From contig JACQIB010000004.1 of NCBI GenBank assembly GCA_016198755.1, positions 91,192 through 155,191 on the forward strand: 64,000 nt of DNA. The letters are read 5' to 3'. The stretch is from Candidatus Aenigmatarchaeota archaeon (lineage in GTDB: Archaea; Aenigmatarchaeota; Aenigmatarchaeia; Aenigmatarchaeales; JACQIB01). The notes under the pieces were generated by a model, which did no database searches, was not told where the DNA came from, and saw only the letters and a list, made by a program, of their open reading frames with translations. Below, in pieces: positions 9,815-19,589 of the stretch; within the stretch, counting starts at the first letter, position 1, and the number at the start of each line of letters is the position of its first letter. Both the position numbers and the translations under genes were made by a program.

Positions 9815-9832
9815 ATGGATTATATAATCCAT
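9815..9832. promoter_or_regulatory. Perfect 18-bp palindrome ATGGATTATATAATCCAT upstream of the wHTH-MNT/HEPN module 1 promoter
   Basis: The reverse complement equals the sequence itself. It lies 11 nt upstream of the TATA box TTTAAATATA (9844-9853), which is centred about 26 nt upstream of the ATG at 9875. Confidence 0.55.
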
Positions 9833-9874
9833 AAATGAATAGATTTAAATATAGCCCGATACAGTATTATATGT

Positions 9875-10456
9875 ATGCTGGAATACATACTCGATTCCAA
9901 GGAAAAAGTGCGTATACTGCGATTACTTGTCAATAGCCCCAGCCATATATTTCACGAAACAGAAATTGTCAGAATGCTGAAATTGCCTCAGGCAACAATT
10001 AACAGAAAGCTAAGGTCTTTAGCAGAGCAGAATATAATTTCCAGATACAAAAAGGGCAGAACGACCGTATACAGGCTAAACGACGAAAATTATATTGTTA
10101 GAGATATGTTAAAACCATTAATAAAGGCTGAAAAAAACACACCATTGGAGAGGTCTAATTATTTATGTGGAAAATTGATCGGACATATAATAGGCATTGT
10201 GTTTGGCTCTGCAGCACGGAATGAAATGAAACCTACAAGCGACGTAGATTTGGCAATTATTACAGATAAAACCAGAGAGACAGAGAGAATAGCATTTAAA
10301 ATAAACCAGGAAATTTTTGATAGGGACGGGATGATAATTTCACTTCACATATTCAATTATAAAGATTTTAGAAAAAGATATAGATCGGGAGACCTATTAA
10401 TTCGCGAAATTGCCAATGGTAAAGTGGTGTACGGAGATATAGAAGAGGTGTTATAA
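9875..10456 (+). CDS. wHTH-fused minimal nucleotidyltransferase (MNT antitoxin-like), module 1
   Basis: The N-terminal ~85 aa form a winged-helix-like region (KVRILRLL......ETEIVRMLKLPQATINRKLRSLAEQNII). The NTase motif is FGSAARNEMKPTSDVDLAII. The stop overlaps the start of the HEPN gene (TAATG). Confidence 0.8.
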   Translation: MLEYILDSKEKVRILRLLVNSPSHIFHETEIVRMLKLPQATINRKLRSLAEQNIISRYKKGRTTVYRLNDENYIVRDMLKPLIKAEKNTPLERSNYLCGKLIGHIIGIVFGSAARNEMKPTSDVDLAIITDKTRETERIAFKINQEIFDRDGMIISLHIFNYKDFRKRYRSGDLLIREIANGKVVYGDIEEVL

Positions 10457-10848
10457 TGGCAAGAGAGTATAATAGGATATATGCAAAAGAGTTCTTTGAA
10501 AAGTCAAAGCGATTCCTCGAGCTTGCAAAAAATGCAGTAAATCAGTATCCAGATGAAGCGGCTTTCATTGCTATTCAAGCTACAATAAATGCTAATGATG
10601 CATTTACCATAGCTATAATAGGAAAAAGAGCCAGCGCAGAACATAACGAAGCCATATCATTACATAAAAAGGCAGCTGCAATAATTGGGGAGTCAAAATC
10701 AGATGTACTAAATTTTGAGCTGGATAAAAGAAGTTCTACAGGATATGATATTAAAACGCATCTCGGGAGGGTAGAAGCAGAAATTTTTATAAAAAGAACA
10801 GAAAGGTTTCTCAGCTGGGTAGAGGAAAAAATAAAGGATGTGGATTAG
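10456..10848 (+). CDS. HEPN-domain protein (toxin-like), module 1
   Basis: The all-helical 130-aa product carries the Rx4-6H motif as GKRASAEH. It lies directly downstream of an MNT gene. Confidence 0.75.
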   Translation: MAREYNRIYAKEFFEKSKRFLELAKNAVNQYPDEAAFIAIQATINANDAFTIAIIGKRASAEHNEAISLHKKAAAIIGESKSDVLNFELDKRSSTGYDIKTHLGRVEAEIFIKRTERFLSWVEEKIKDVD

Positions 10849-10849
10849 C

Positions 10850-11512
10850 ATGAAACCCCTGATAATTTTTGATATGGATTGGACTTTGATTAAGCTTGTA
10901 ATGACCTGGGAGGATGTGATAGAGGAGCTTTCAGAGCTTTTTAGAAGATATGGCGTTCAGCTAGATACACGTGGGAATATTATAGCCGAGGTTTTTTCAA
11001 AATCAAGCAACATGAAAGAAGGGAAAAAGCTGCTGAAGCAGGCATATGGCATAATAGATAAATATGAGGCTGTCGGGTCAAAGAATGCAGTTGTTCTTGG
11101 AAACAGCCCTTCCATACTGAAGGAACTGGAACAAAACTATAATTTGGCAATAGTCAGCAACAACGGGGACAAAGCTATAAAGACTGCTTTAAAGACAGTT
11201 GGAGTATCTTTGAAAACATTCAAGTCCATAATAAGCAGGGACAGCCATGAAAAGCCAAAACCCTCTCCTGTGCCAATAATAGAAATGCTGAAAAAATTTC
11301 CGGGAACAAAAGTTGTTTATGTTGTAGGTGATGAGCCTGTGGATATTTTGTGCGGAAAAGCTGCTGCTAAACTGGTTAACGGAATAAGCATTTACACTGT
11401 TGGGATAATGGGTGGCTGGATAGGGAAGGAGAAAGTACTCAGATCAAAACCTGATTTTGTTATAAAAAATATAGAGGAACTCCCAGCCCTGCTTTCGAAG
11501 CAGCCTTTATAA
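10850..11512 (+). CDS. HAD-superfamily phosphatase
   Basis: Motif I is LIIFDMDWTLI, motif II region IVSNNG and motif IV VVGDEPVDILCG. The ATG lies 2 nt after the HEPN stop codon. Confidence 0.7.
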   Translation: MKPLIIFDMDWTLIKLVMTWEDVIEELSELFRRYGVQLDTRGNIIAEVFSKSSNMKEGKKLLKQAYGIIDKYEAVGSKNAVVLGNSPSILKELEQNYNLAIVSNNGDKAIKTALKTVGVSLKTFKSIISRDSHEKPKPSPVPIIEMLKKFPGTKVVYVVGDEPVDILCGKAAAKLVNGISIYTVGIMGGWIGKEKVLRSKPDFVIKNIEELPALLSKQPL

Positions 11513-11535
11513 GTCCGCATAGTCAAAAACTAAAA

Positions 11536-12420
11536 ATGGAGCGGGGATACTGGTATGTTATTCTGTCAGGTATCTTGGCTGGAACAGTTGTTTCCGGCGG
11601 CAGGTTCTTTGGGGAATTAGGTATGTCATTTTATCAGCTTTCAATTTTTTGGTTTGGATTAAGTGCATTGATTTTGTTCCCGTTCCTGTTGGTAAAAAAA
11701 GAGCTGCGTTTGGATAGGAAATCTTTTATATTCTATATAGCCTGCGGCCTTATAGGAACTGTTATAATGTTTGGACAGTTTTTACCCCTGTTTATGGGTG
11801 TGTCTGTTGCTGTTGTTGTTCTTCTTCTTTATACACAGCCATTATGGACAGCTATCTTTGGAAGGGTTTTGTTTAAGGAAAGGTTCACAAAATATAAGAT
11901 TGCAGCAATTATTTTGGTGCTGATAGGTATAGCTTTGCTCGCAAATCCTTTTCAGTCAGCTGGCATAGGCAACTTGTCTGGAATAGCTATTGCGTTGGCA
12001 GGAGGATTGGGATTATCAGGTTGGGTTATAACAGGGAAGGTTTCAGAAAACCGCAAGTACAATTCAATTAAAACAGTTTTTTACTTTAATCTTTTTACAA
12101 CAGTGTTTCTTGCTGCAACATACCTTTTAGCTGTACAATTCCCAGCTGCCGGCAGTGCAACAGGATTAATGTTCAATTTTCCTCCAGCAGTGTGGCTTCT
12201 TTTTGTACTCTATTCAATTGCAAATGTAGGCACTTTCCTATTCCTGTATAAAGGTATTGCGACTATTACTGCATCGACTGCAGGCATAATACTGCTTTTG
12301 GAGCCTGTTGTTGCTACATTGATTGCAGCAGCCTTCCTGAACCAGCCTTTGACAATAAATATTCTTGCTGGGGGAGGAATAATTTTGCTAGCTAACTATA
12401 TTTCAATAAAAAGCAAATAA
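11536..12420 (+). CDS. EamA/DMT-family transporter
   Basis: The 294-aa product has about 10 hydrophobic segments arranged as two similar halves, which is the typical EamA layout. Confidence 0.6.
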   Translation: MERGYWYVILSGILAGTVVSGGRFFGELGMSFYQLSIFWFGLSALILFPFLLVKKELRLDRKSFIFYIACGLIGTVIMFGQFLPLFMGVSVAVVVLLLYTQPLWTAIFGRVLFKERFTKYKIAAIILVLIGIALLANPFQSAGIGNLSGIAIALAGGLGLSGWVITGKVSENRKYNSIKTVFYFNLFTTVFLAATYLLAVQFPAAGSATGLMFNFPPAVWLLFVLYSIANVGTFLFLYKGIATITASTAGIILLLEPVVATLIAAAFLNQPLTINILAGGGIILLANYISIKSK

Positions 12421-12423
12421 TAT

Positions 12424-13650
12424 CTAAGCCAGCTTGAAAACTTTCCTTGCTTTTTCCAGACCCAGAACAAGTTTGTCTATATCTGAGCGTGTGTTGTATA
12501 GATAGAAGCTGGCTCTTGCTACTGCGGTTACACCGAGCCTGTCCATTAATGGCTGTGCGCAGGCATGGCCGGAACGGATTGCTATACCCTCGGAATTCAG
12601 AATACTTGCTATATCATGTGGATGCACACCGCGCAGTTCAAAGGATACAACGCCGCTGCGCATTTTATAGTTTTTCGGTCCGAAAATTTTCATCCCCCTG
12701 ATATCAGAGAGCTTTTCCAGAGTATAGTCTGTCAATTCTTTGTCATGGTCCCTGATTTTTTTCATTCCAACTTTCTGCAAATAGTCAACTGCAGCTCCCA
12801 GCCCAATTGCTCCTGCAATGTTTGGTGTCCCAGCTTCGAATTTCCATGGAAGGGAGTTGTAAACAGTTTTTTGCAGTCCAACTTCCTTTATCATATCCCC
12901 TCCTCCCAGAAAGGGCTGTAACTTTGCCAAAAGTCCCTCTTTTCCATACAAAACCCCTATTCCAGTCGGTCCAAGCATTTTGTGGCCTGAGAAAGCCAGA
13001 AAATCTATATCCAGTTTCTTCACATCCACAGGCATATGCGGCACAGACTGAGCTCCATCCACAATAAGCAAAGAGTCATTGTCATGAGCTAGTTTAGATA
13101 TAGCGGAGACAGGGTTTATTGTCCCTAAAACATTTGAAACATGTGTTACTGTAACGAGCTTTGTTTTTTTTGTTAAAAGTTTTTCATACTGCTCCATTTT
13201 CAAAGTTCCATCAGGGTTCACATCCACAAACTTCAGCTTAATTCCCTTTGCTTTCAAAAACTGCCATGGAACAATATTGCTGTGATGTTCCATAACAGTG
13301 CTCAGCACTTCGTCTCCGCGTTTAAGTTTCCCAAAACCTAAGCTGTAAACTAAAAGATTGAGAGCTTCAGTTGTGTTGCGAGTGAAAATAACCTCTGCAG
13401 GTTTGGTTCCAATAAAGCTGGCAACTTTCTCTCTCCCGCTTTCATATTCTTCAGTAGCCTCCTCAGCAAGTTTATGTACCCCGCGTGCAACATTTGCTGT
13501 ATAAGACATATAGTACCCGTTCATTGCATCCAAAACACTTACGGGCTTGAGAGAGGTTGCAGCGCTATCTAAATATACCAAGGTCTTACCATTTACCTTT
13601 CTCTTTAGTACAGGAAAATCTTTCCTGAATTTTTTAAAATCAACTGGCAT
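12424..13650 (-). CDS. sufS: Cysteine desulfurase SufS (class II aminotransferase V)
   Basis: The PLP lysine context is FSGHKMLGPTGIGVLYG and the catalytic Cys loop is RSGHACAQPL. It is the last gene of the suf operon and overlaps sufD by 11 nt. Confidence 0.9.
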   Translation of the reverse strand: MPVDFKKFRKDFPVLKRKVNGKTLVYLDSAATSLKPVSVLDAMNGYYMSYTANVARGVHKLAEEATEEYESGREKVASFIGTKPAEVIFTRNTTEALNLLVYSLGFGKLKRGDEVLSTVMEHHSNIVPWQFLKAKGIKLKFVDVNPDGTLKMEQYEKLLTKKTKLVTVTHVSNVLGTINPVSAISKLAHDNDSLLIVDGAQSVPHMPVDVKKLDIDFLAFSGHKMLGPTGIGVLYGKEGLLAKLQPFLGGGDMIKEVGLQKTVYNSLPWKFEAGTPNIAGAIGLGAAVDYLQKVGMKKIRDHDKELTDYTLEKLSDIRGMKIFGPKNYKMRSGVVSFELRGVHPHDIASILNSEGIAIRSGHACAQPLMDRLGVTAVARASFYLYNTRSDIDKLVLGLEKARKVFKLA

Positions 13651-14833
13651 TTGAAACCTTCTCCTCCAGTATAGTCTTTATTTTCCCCCTTAAAACTTCA
13701 TCTGGTATCCTTTGTAATACAGGCTCAAAATATCCCTGCACAATAAGCCTCTCAGCCTCCCTCCTTTCAAGTCCGCGGCTCATCAGATAAAATAGCTGCT
13801 CTTCATCCACTTTTCCAACAGAAGCCTCATGTCCTGCCTGCACATCGTTTGTATCTATTTCAAGGCTTGGTATAACATCAGATTTTGATTTATCCCCAAA
13901 CAAAAGAGTATGGCCGCGCAGCCAGCTGTTTGCTCCCAGAGCAGATTTGTATATTTTGTTTACTCCCCTGTGCACAGCAGTTGAATTTCCAAAGAGAGCG
14001 CCGCGCGCAAGTATATCATAGGTTGTGTGCGGAACCAAATGCTGGACAGAAGTTTGTAGCTCTATATTTTGTTTTCCTGTGCCAATATAGGATCCGTAAA
14101 CTTTTGCTTCAGATCCTTTGCCCTGCAAAGCACAGTCAAGTCTGAGCCTTGAAAAATCCCCACCGAAAATACAGAAAACCTGCTCCAGTCTAGAGTCTTT
14201 GTCCAGCAAAACCCGTTTAATTGAAAATTCAACGCCTGAAGACAGGTTTTGCAGGCTTATTATTTTGGCCTGAGTCCCCTCCTTCAGGAAAATCTCAAAA
14301 AAGTTGCTGAAATAGGAAGCTGGTCCCCCCAAATCTTCTATTAAAGTAAAAGAGCTTCCAGGCTCTGCTACTATTATAGAGTGCATAAAGTTCGAGCCTG
14401 TAACAATTTCTGAGAGTAAAAGCGGTTTAGTCAGGTTTGTTTTTGCAGGTATATACAAAAGAGAGCCTTTGGAAAAGCATGCAGAGTGCAGGGCCGTGAA
14501 AATATTTTCCTCTGGTTTTATTGCTGAAAATATATATTTTTTCAGTATATCTGAATGATCTTTTATTGCCGTTTCAATATCACAGAAAATAATCCCTGAT
14601 TTTTCCAGCTCTCCGGATAAAGTTTGTTTTATATTTCCTTTATCTGCAGACGATTTGATATTAAGGAGAGAAAAATCAGTGTACTTCCATTCTTCTATTT
14701 TTCTTATTGGCTCAGGCATGGATTTAAACAAATCCAGTCCATGTTTTCTCTTTTCAGACAGCCATGCAGGTTCTGTTTTAGAAGTTATAATAGGTATATC
14801 AAAATCTATTTTTGGGTTCAAGAACTCACCCAA
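13640..14833 (-). CDS. sufD: Fe-S cluster assembly protein SufD
   Basis: The C-terminal beta-helix region and [26 protein letters not shown] parallel the SufB C-terminus. Its position is between sufB and sufS. Confidence 0.8.
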   Translation of the reverse strand: MGEFLNPKIDFDIPIITSKTEPAWLSEKRKHGLDLFKSMPEPIRKIEEWKYTDFSLLNIKSSADKGNIKQTLSGELEKSGIIFCDIETAIKDHSDILKKYIFSAIKPEENIFTALHSACFSKGSLLYIPAKTNLTKPLLLSEIVTGSNFMHSIIVAEPGSSFTLIEDLGGPASYFSNFFEIFLKEGTQAKIISLQNLSSGVEFSIKRVLLDKDSRLEQVFCIFGGDFSRLRLDCALQGKGSEAKVYGSYIGTGKQNIELQTSVQHLVPHTTYDILARGALFGNSTAVHRGVNKIYKSALGANSWLRGHTLLFGDKSKSDVIPSLEIDTNDVQAGHEASVGKVDEEQLFYLMSRGLERREAERLIVQGYFEPVLQRIPDEVLRGKIKTILEEKVSNAS

Positions 14834-17402
14834 CAGCCCCTGTCATTTCCAGTTCTATCAGCCTGTTAAATTCAACCGCATATTCCAGAGGGAGTTGTTT
14901 TGTAAAAGGCTGTAAAAATCCGGAAACAATCATAGTAAGAGCCTGTTGTTCTGATAAACCTCTTGACATAAGATAGAACAGCTGCTCCTCGCTCACTTTT
15001 CCTACAACAGCCTCGTGCCCTATAGTTGTGTCTTTCTCCTCTATCTCCATATAGGGTATTGTATCTGATTTGGCTTCCTTATTCAGAATCAAAGCATCGC
15101 ACTTTACATGAGACTTGCAGTTCTTAGCCCCAGGAATAACCTTTACCAAACCGCGGTAGGTTGTTATTCCATTTCCTTTGCTTACTGATTTGGAAACAAT
15201 TGTAGAAGAGGTATTCGAAGCCAGATGAACAGCTTTTGCACCAGTATCCTGATGCTGGCCTGAGTTTGCAAATGCTATTGACAAAATATCAGTCTTAGCC
15301 CCAGGCCCCATCAAATAAACAGAAGGATACTTCATTGTTATTCTGGACCCTATATTCGCATCCAGCCACTCAACATAAGAGTTTTCATAAGCATAGGCTC
15401 TTTTTGTAACTAGGTTGAAAACATTGTTTGCCCAGTTCTGCAGTGTTGTGTAGCGCACTCGCGAATTCTTGTGGGCTATAACTTCAACAACAGCTGAATG
15501 AAGAGAGTTTGTAGAATAGGTTGGCGCGGAACAGTTGTGCACAGCAACCCCGTTTGCAATGTAGCTTTCATCTTCCTCAACGCCGAAATTGTAGACAGGA
15601 ACATTTTCAACCTCACGCGAAGAAATACTTTTTATCGGAACGAAAGCGTAATTTTCTGTAATATGCGCAAAAGATTTTGCATTTATTTGCTGGAGCATCT
15701 GAAAAGCAATCTGCTTTCCAACAGCAATTTCTGTTGACGGATATGTTCCGACAGCATTAGCAAAAGCTTTCAGGAAACTTCCGCCAACATGGACGCAGTA
15801 AATATCTTTTCTTTTTCCAGTCCTTTTGTGTTTGTTGAGGCTAGCGAAAATATTCATACGCAAAAGCATTTTATGAAGACTTTCAGCGATATTCTTGGAA
15901 ATTGTATTCATCCTAAACATTCTTTTTACTCCATAAGCATATTGATGCATCATGAAACTTCCATCTCCGCGCCAAAACCCTTTCACTAATTCTTTTTGTT
16001 TCTCCGGAGATTCTTTCATTACCCAATCTGGAATTCTTTTTCCTGCCGCGCCCTTTGAGAATTGTGTCTCAAAAAATCTTGCAGCAGCTGTTGATGAAAG
16101 CACAAGAGAAATTCCATGCTTATATGGCTTTTGCTCCCATGGCTGCTCGCCGAAATATTTTTTCAACAGCTCTTTCACATCATCAATATAAAGCCTTTCA
16201 TTTTCATTGAAAGTGAAATGAACATAATGGCCGCCGACAATGCTGCCTTCTGAAAGATAATATCCTGCGAGCCTGAAAAAATCAGAATCAGTCTTTATTT
16301 TAAATTCTATTGTTTTGAAGCCGTGCCTGCCAGTCCCCTTTTCTATAGGAAAAATTCTTTCTTCTTGTGTTTCAACTTTTCTATCAATAGGAATCGCAAG
16401 ATAATCTTCTTTGCCGAGATCTTCCACTTTCACCCAATCTGGCTTCCACTCTGTATTTTTATATTCATGTTTCTGCCTCTTCACAGCAAGGAATGGATGT
16501 TCTCCAGTAACTTCTATATTTTTTGTCGAATCTCCAAAATATTGTATTGTGAAAAGCCCTCCTGTGTGTGGGCGGACTTGAATATGATAAACTTTTTTCA
16601 GCCTGTTATTGTGTGTTATAACAAAGTCACCAACTTTAACATCTTCAATTTTTTTGATTCCATTTGAAGTTACAACAGGTGCACCCGCAGTAAAGCAGCC
16701 TTCTATATAGTGTACCGAAGCTCCCTCTTCCACAATTATTAAAGTTCTTTCAAACTGTCCAACATTTTTTGCGTTTATTCTGAAGTAGGCTTGCAGAGGA
16801 AGTTCAACTTTCACTCCTTTTGGAATATAAACAAAGCTCCCCCCACTCCAGACTGCAGTATTCAGAGCAGCAAATTTATTGTCAGCAAATGGAACAACAG
16901 TGCCGAAATATTTTTTAACAAGCTCCGGATGTTCTTTAATTGCTGTATCTGTATCGCAGAAAATAACTCCAAGCTTTGCCAAATCCTCCCTTACCTTATG
17001 GTATACTGTTTCTGAATCAAACTGTGTTCCGGCACCTGAAAGGAACTTCTTTTCAGCTTCAGGTATTCCAAGCTTATCAAATGTTTTTTTAATATTCTTA
17101 GGCACATCCTTCCAGTCTGTGGAAGTTTTTGCATTCGGGCTCACATAGTAAGCTATATCATCAAAACTGACAACTGAAAGGTCTGCTCCCCATGCAGGCA
17201 TTGTCCTTTTCAGGAAATGTGCCAAAGCTTTCAATCTGATGTTTAGCATCCACTCCGGCTCTTTTTTTATCTCTGAAATTTTCCTTACAACAGCTTCTGA
17301 AAGGCCGTTAGGTAGTCTGAATTCCTTTACGTCATTCTTTTCCCTGTATTTTTCTGTGTTTATGTCCAAAAAACCTGTTTTCTGCCCAGCCATTATTCTC
17401 AC
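14826..17402 (-). CDS. sufB: Fe-S cluster assembly protein SufB, interrupted by an intein
   Basis: The extein halves ...ASVHYIEG | [18 protein letters not shown]... rejoin to the conserved SufB core. The C-terminal [17 protein letters not shown] is present. The gene overlaps sufC by 4 nt and sufD by 8 nt. Confidence 0.9.
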   Translation of the reverse strand: MRIMAGQKTGFLDINTEKYREKNDVKEFRLPNGLSEAVVRKISEIKKEPEWMLNIRLKALAHFLKRTMPAWGADLSVVSFDDIAYYVSPNAKTSTDWKDVPKNIKKTFDKLGIPEAEKKFLSGAGTQFDSETVYHKVREDLAKLGVIFCDTDTAIKEHPELVKKYFGTVVPFADNKFAALNTAVWSGGSFVYIPKGVKVELPLQAYFRINAKNVGQFERTLIIVEEGASVHYIEGCFTAGAPVVTSNGIKKIEDVKVGDFVITHNNRLKKVYHIQVRPHTGGLFTIQYFGDSTKNIEVTGEHPFLAVKRQKHEYKNTEWKPDWVKVEDLGKEDYLAIPIDRKVETQEERIFPIEKGTGRHGFKTIEFKIKTDSDFFRLAGYYLSEGSIVGGHYVHFTFNENERLYIDDVKELLKKYFGEQPWEQKPYKHGISLVLSSTAAARFFETQFSKGAAGKRIPDWVMKESPEKQKELVKGFWRGDGSFMMHQYAYGVKRMFRMNTISKNIAESLHKMLLRMNIFASLNKHKRTGKRKDIYCVHVGGSFLKAFANAVGTYPSTEIAVGKQIAFQMLQQINAKSFAHITENYAFVPIKSISSREVENVPVYNFGVEEDESYIANGVAVHNCSAPTYSTNSLHSAVVEVIAHKNSRVRYTTLQNWANNVFNLVTKRAYAYENSYVEWLDANIGSRITMKYPSVYLMGPGAKTDILSIAFANSGQHQDTGAKAVHLASNTSSTIVSKSVSKGNGITTYRGLVKVIPGAKNCKSHVKCDALILNKEAKSDTIPYMEIEEKDTTIGHEAVVGKVSEEQLFYLMSRGLSEQQALTMIVSGFLQPFTKQLPLEYAVEFNRLIELEMTGAVG
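15534..16697 (-). mobile_element. SufB intein (388 aa) with a LAGLIDADG homing-endonuclease domain
   Basis: The intein starts with Cys ([13 protein letters not shown]). Block B is VTGEHPF. The two DOD motifs are [13 protein letters not shown] and [12 protein letters not shown]. It ends [10 protein letters not shown] and is followed by a +1 Cys (CSAP). Coordinates were counted from the ORF translation (aa 236-623). Confidence 0.85.
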
Positions 17403-18142
17403 CCAAAAGCCTCATATCCTTCCTTTTCAACTTCCCCAGCTAATTCCGCTTTCCCGCTTTTCACAACCCTCCCATCCTTGAAAACATGCACAAAGTCAGG
17501 TTTAACATACTTCAAAATCCTGTTATAGTGTGTAATAAGCAAAACCCCGGTTTTATTCTCTTTCGCAGATTGTTCAATTCCCTTTCCCACAACTTTCAAA
17601 GCGTCCACATCTGTACCTGAATCAGGTTCATCCAAAATTGCAATTTTTGGCTTTAGCATATTCATTTGTAAAATCTCAGCGCGTTTCTTTTCCCCTCCCG
17701 AAAACCCTTCATTTAACCCGCGCCTGATAAATTCATCTCCCATTCCAAGCCTTCCCATCTGCTCTTTCAGAATCTTATGGAATTCCATTACCGGAGGAGC
17801 TTTCCCATTGGAAGAAATCAATGCAGTGCGCAGAAAATTTCCCAGACCAACTCCTGGAACTTCCATTGGATACTGAAAACCCAAAAAAAGCCCCATATGC
17901 GCGCGTTCATTGGCTGGGAACTTAAGTATGGATTTTCCATCAAGCAGAATATCCCCTTTTAGAATCTTGTATTTTGGGTGCCCCATTATAACTGAGCTAA
18001 GTGTGGATTTTCCGGAACCATTGGGTCCCATAATAGCATGTACTTTCCCCTTTTCTATAGTTAGATTAACGCCTTTCAAAACTTCCTTCCCTTCTATAGA
18101 AGCCCACAAATTTTTTATTTCCAGTTTCACTGGCTCACCCAA
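17399..18142 (-). CDS. sufC: Fe-S cluster assembly ATPase SufC
   Basis: Walker A is GPNGSGKST, the ABC signature FSGGEKKR and Walker [14 protein letters not shown]. Confidence 0.95.
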   Translation of the reverse strand: MGEPVKLEIKNLWASIEGKEVLKGVNLTIEKGKVHAIMGPNGSGKSTLSSVIMGHPKYKILKGDILLDGKSILKFPANERAHMGLFLGFQYPMEVPGVGLGNFLRTALISSNGKAPPVMEFHKILKEQMGRLGMGDEFIRRGLNEGFSGGEKKRAEILQMNMLKPKIAILDEPDSGTDVDALKVVGKGIEQSAKENKTGVLLITHYNRILKYVKPDFVHVFKDGRVVKSGKAELAGEVEKEGYEAFG

Positions 18143-18503
18143 AACTCTTGCCGCACCCGCAGGTAGAGCGTGCGTTAGGGTTTATTACTTGTACTCCCCC
18201 TCCTTGCAGTCCTTCAGAGTAGTCTATTGTTGCCCCCTTTAGCATTGCAAGAGAAGTCTTGTCTATAAACACTCTCAGGCCTGAAAATTCCAAAATCTGA
18301 TCACCTGCTTCAGGGTCCTTCAAAAATGTGAAATCATATGAGAAACCAGCACATCCCCCAGGCAAAACCTGTATTTTTAACCCATACCCATCTAAGCTCT
18401 GCCTCTTCATTATGTCCCTTATTTTTTCTGCAGTATTATTTTCCATACTCAGACTGTCTGAATTCTTCCCGACCTGTACTGTTTCCGCGTGTGCATGAAC
18501 CAT
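18135..18503 (-). CDS. A-type Fe-S cluster carrier (HesB/IscA/SufA family)
   Basis: [10 protein letters not shown] and the C-terminal CGCGKSF form the three-Cys signature. It is the first gene of the suf operon. Confidence 0.85.
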   Translation of the reverse strand: MVHAHAETVQVGKNSDSLSMENNTAEKIRDIMKRQSLDGYGLKIQVLPGGCAGFSYDFTFLKDPEAGDQILEFSGLRVFIDKTSLAMLKGATIDYSEGLQGGGVQVINPNARSTCGCGKSFG

Positions 18504-18863
18504 ATTCTCACCTCAATTGTTTTCGCTTTCCTACCGTATAAATATAACGGTGTTATAAACTTTTACATCTTTTAAAATGTTGTTAATAGTTCCTTTTCCA
18601 CCCATATAAAGTGATAGGGTTGAAGGTGTCTGGAACATATACAGTAATTGGCAGAACCCCCATATAAATGCCACTATTTGGTAGTAATAAATATTCAAAT
18701 ATAACAACGTCCTAAGTTTTATGGGGCATTTAATTGTATAACGAATATAAGTTCTATAAAAGACAGGTAGATATTTTAGAAACAGAGAATTTTTACTCTC
18801 TCTATAGTGCAATGGAACCAACTTCTTTTTAAGTCTCAGTAGCAGAATTTAGAGCGAGATAAA

Positions 18864-19589
18864 ATGCCACTGAAAATAGATACATACGAGTTTACGGAGA
18901 TTATACAGGCAACTCCAGATGTGAAAATTTTCAAGTTTAAGCCTGTGATCCCTGAAACAAAGATATTCAATTATAAACCAGGGCAGTTTTTAATGATGTA
19001 CATGTTGGACAGTGAGGGAAAACCAACCAATTTAGCTCGCGCCTATTCAATTTCCTCCAACCCTATACAAAAAGACCATTTGGAGCTTACAATAAAGATA
19101 ACAGGCAAGTTTACAAATATGCTGGACAAAATGAAAGTCGGAGATAGGGTTGGTGTAACAGGCTCCTTTGGAGTTTTCACTTACAACACTGAAAAACATA
19201 AGGACACTGTAATGATGGCCGGCGGAGTTGGAATAGCCCCTTTTATTAGCATGGTACGCTTTTCAACAGCACAAAAACTCCAGAATAAAATCTTTCTCTT
19301 TTACAGCAACAGAACAAATAAGGATATTTCCCATCTGGAAGAACTAAAAAGGCTGGAGGAGGAAAATCCAAACTTCCGTGCAATTTACACTGTAACAAGA
19401 GATGAACCAGCTTCTGGAATACATGAACAGGGCAGGTTTAACGAAACCCATATACAAAAATATCTGCCAGCCCTCGAAGGAAAGAACTTTATGCTATGCG
19501 GCTCAACAGCAATGGTAAATGATTTCACAGCAATTCTTCAGGCACTGGGAGTTGAAAAGTTCAGAATAACAGCAGAAAAGTTTGGCTAA
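18864..19589 (+). CDS. FAD/NAD(P)-binding oxidoreductase of the ferredoxin-NADP reductase family
   Basis: The RxYS FAD motif is RAYSISS, the NAD(P) motif is GGVGIAPF, and LCGSTAMV is present. It is transcribed divergently from the suf operon. Confidence 0.6.
   Translation: MPLKIDTYEFTEIIQATPDVKIFKFKPVIPETKIFNYKPGQFLMMYMLDSEGKPTNLARAYSISSNPIQKDHLELTIKITGKFTNMLDKMKVGDRVGVTGSFGVFTYNTEKHKDTVMMAGGVGIAPFISMVRFSTAQKLQNKIFLFYSNRTNKDISHLEELKRLEEENPNFRAIYTVTRDEPASGIHEQGRFNETHIQKYLPALEGKNFMLCGSTAMVNDFTAILQALGVEKFRITAEKFG

Noticed and set aside
18531-18821. A 96-aa minus-strand ORF lies in the suf/FNR intergenic region.
   Set aside because: It lies in very AT-rich promoter DNA. Its product is Tyr/Ile/Leu/Lys-rich with no motif, so it is more likely non-coding.
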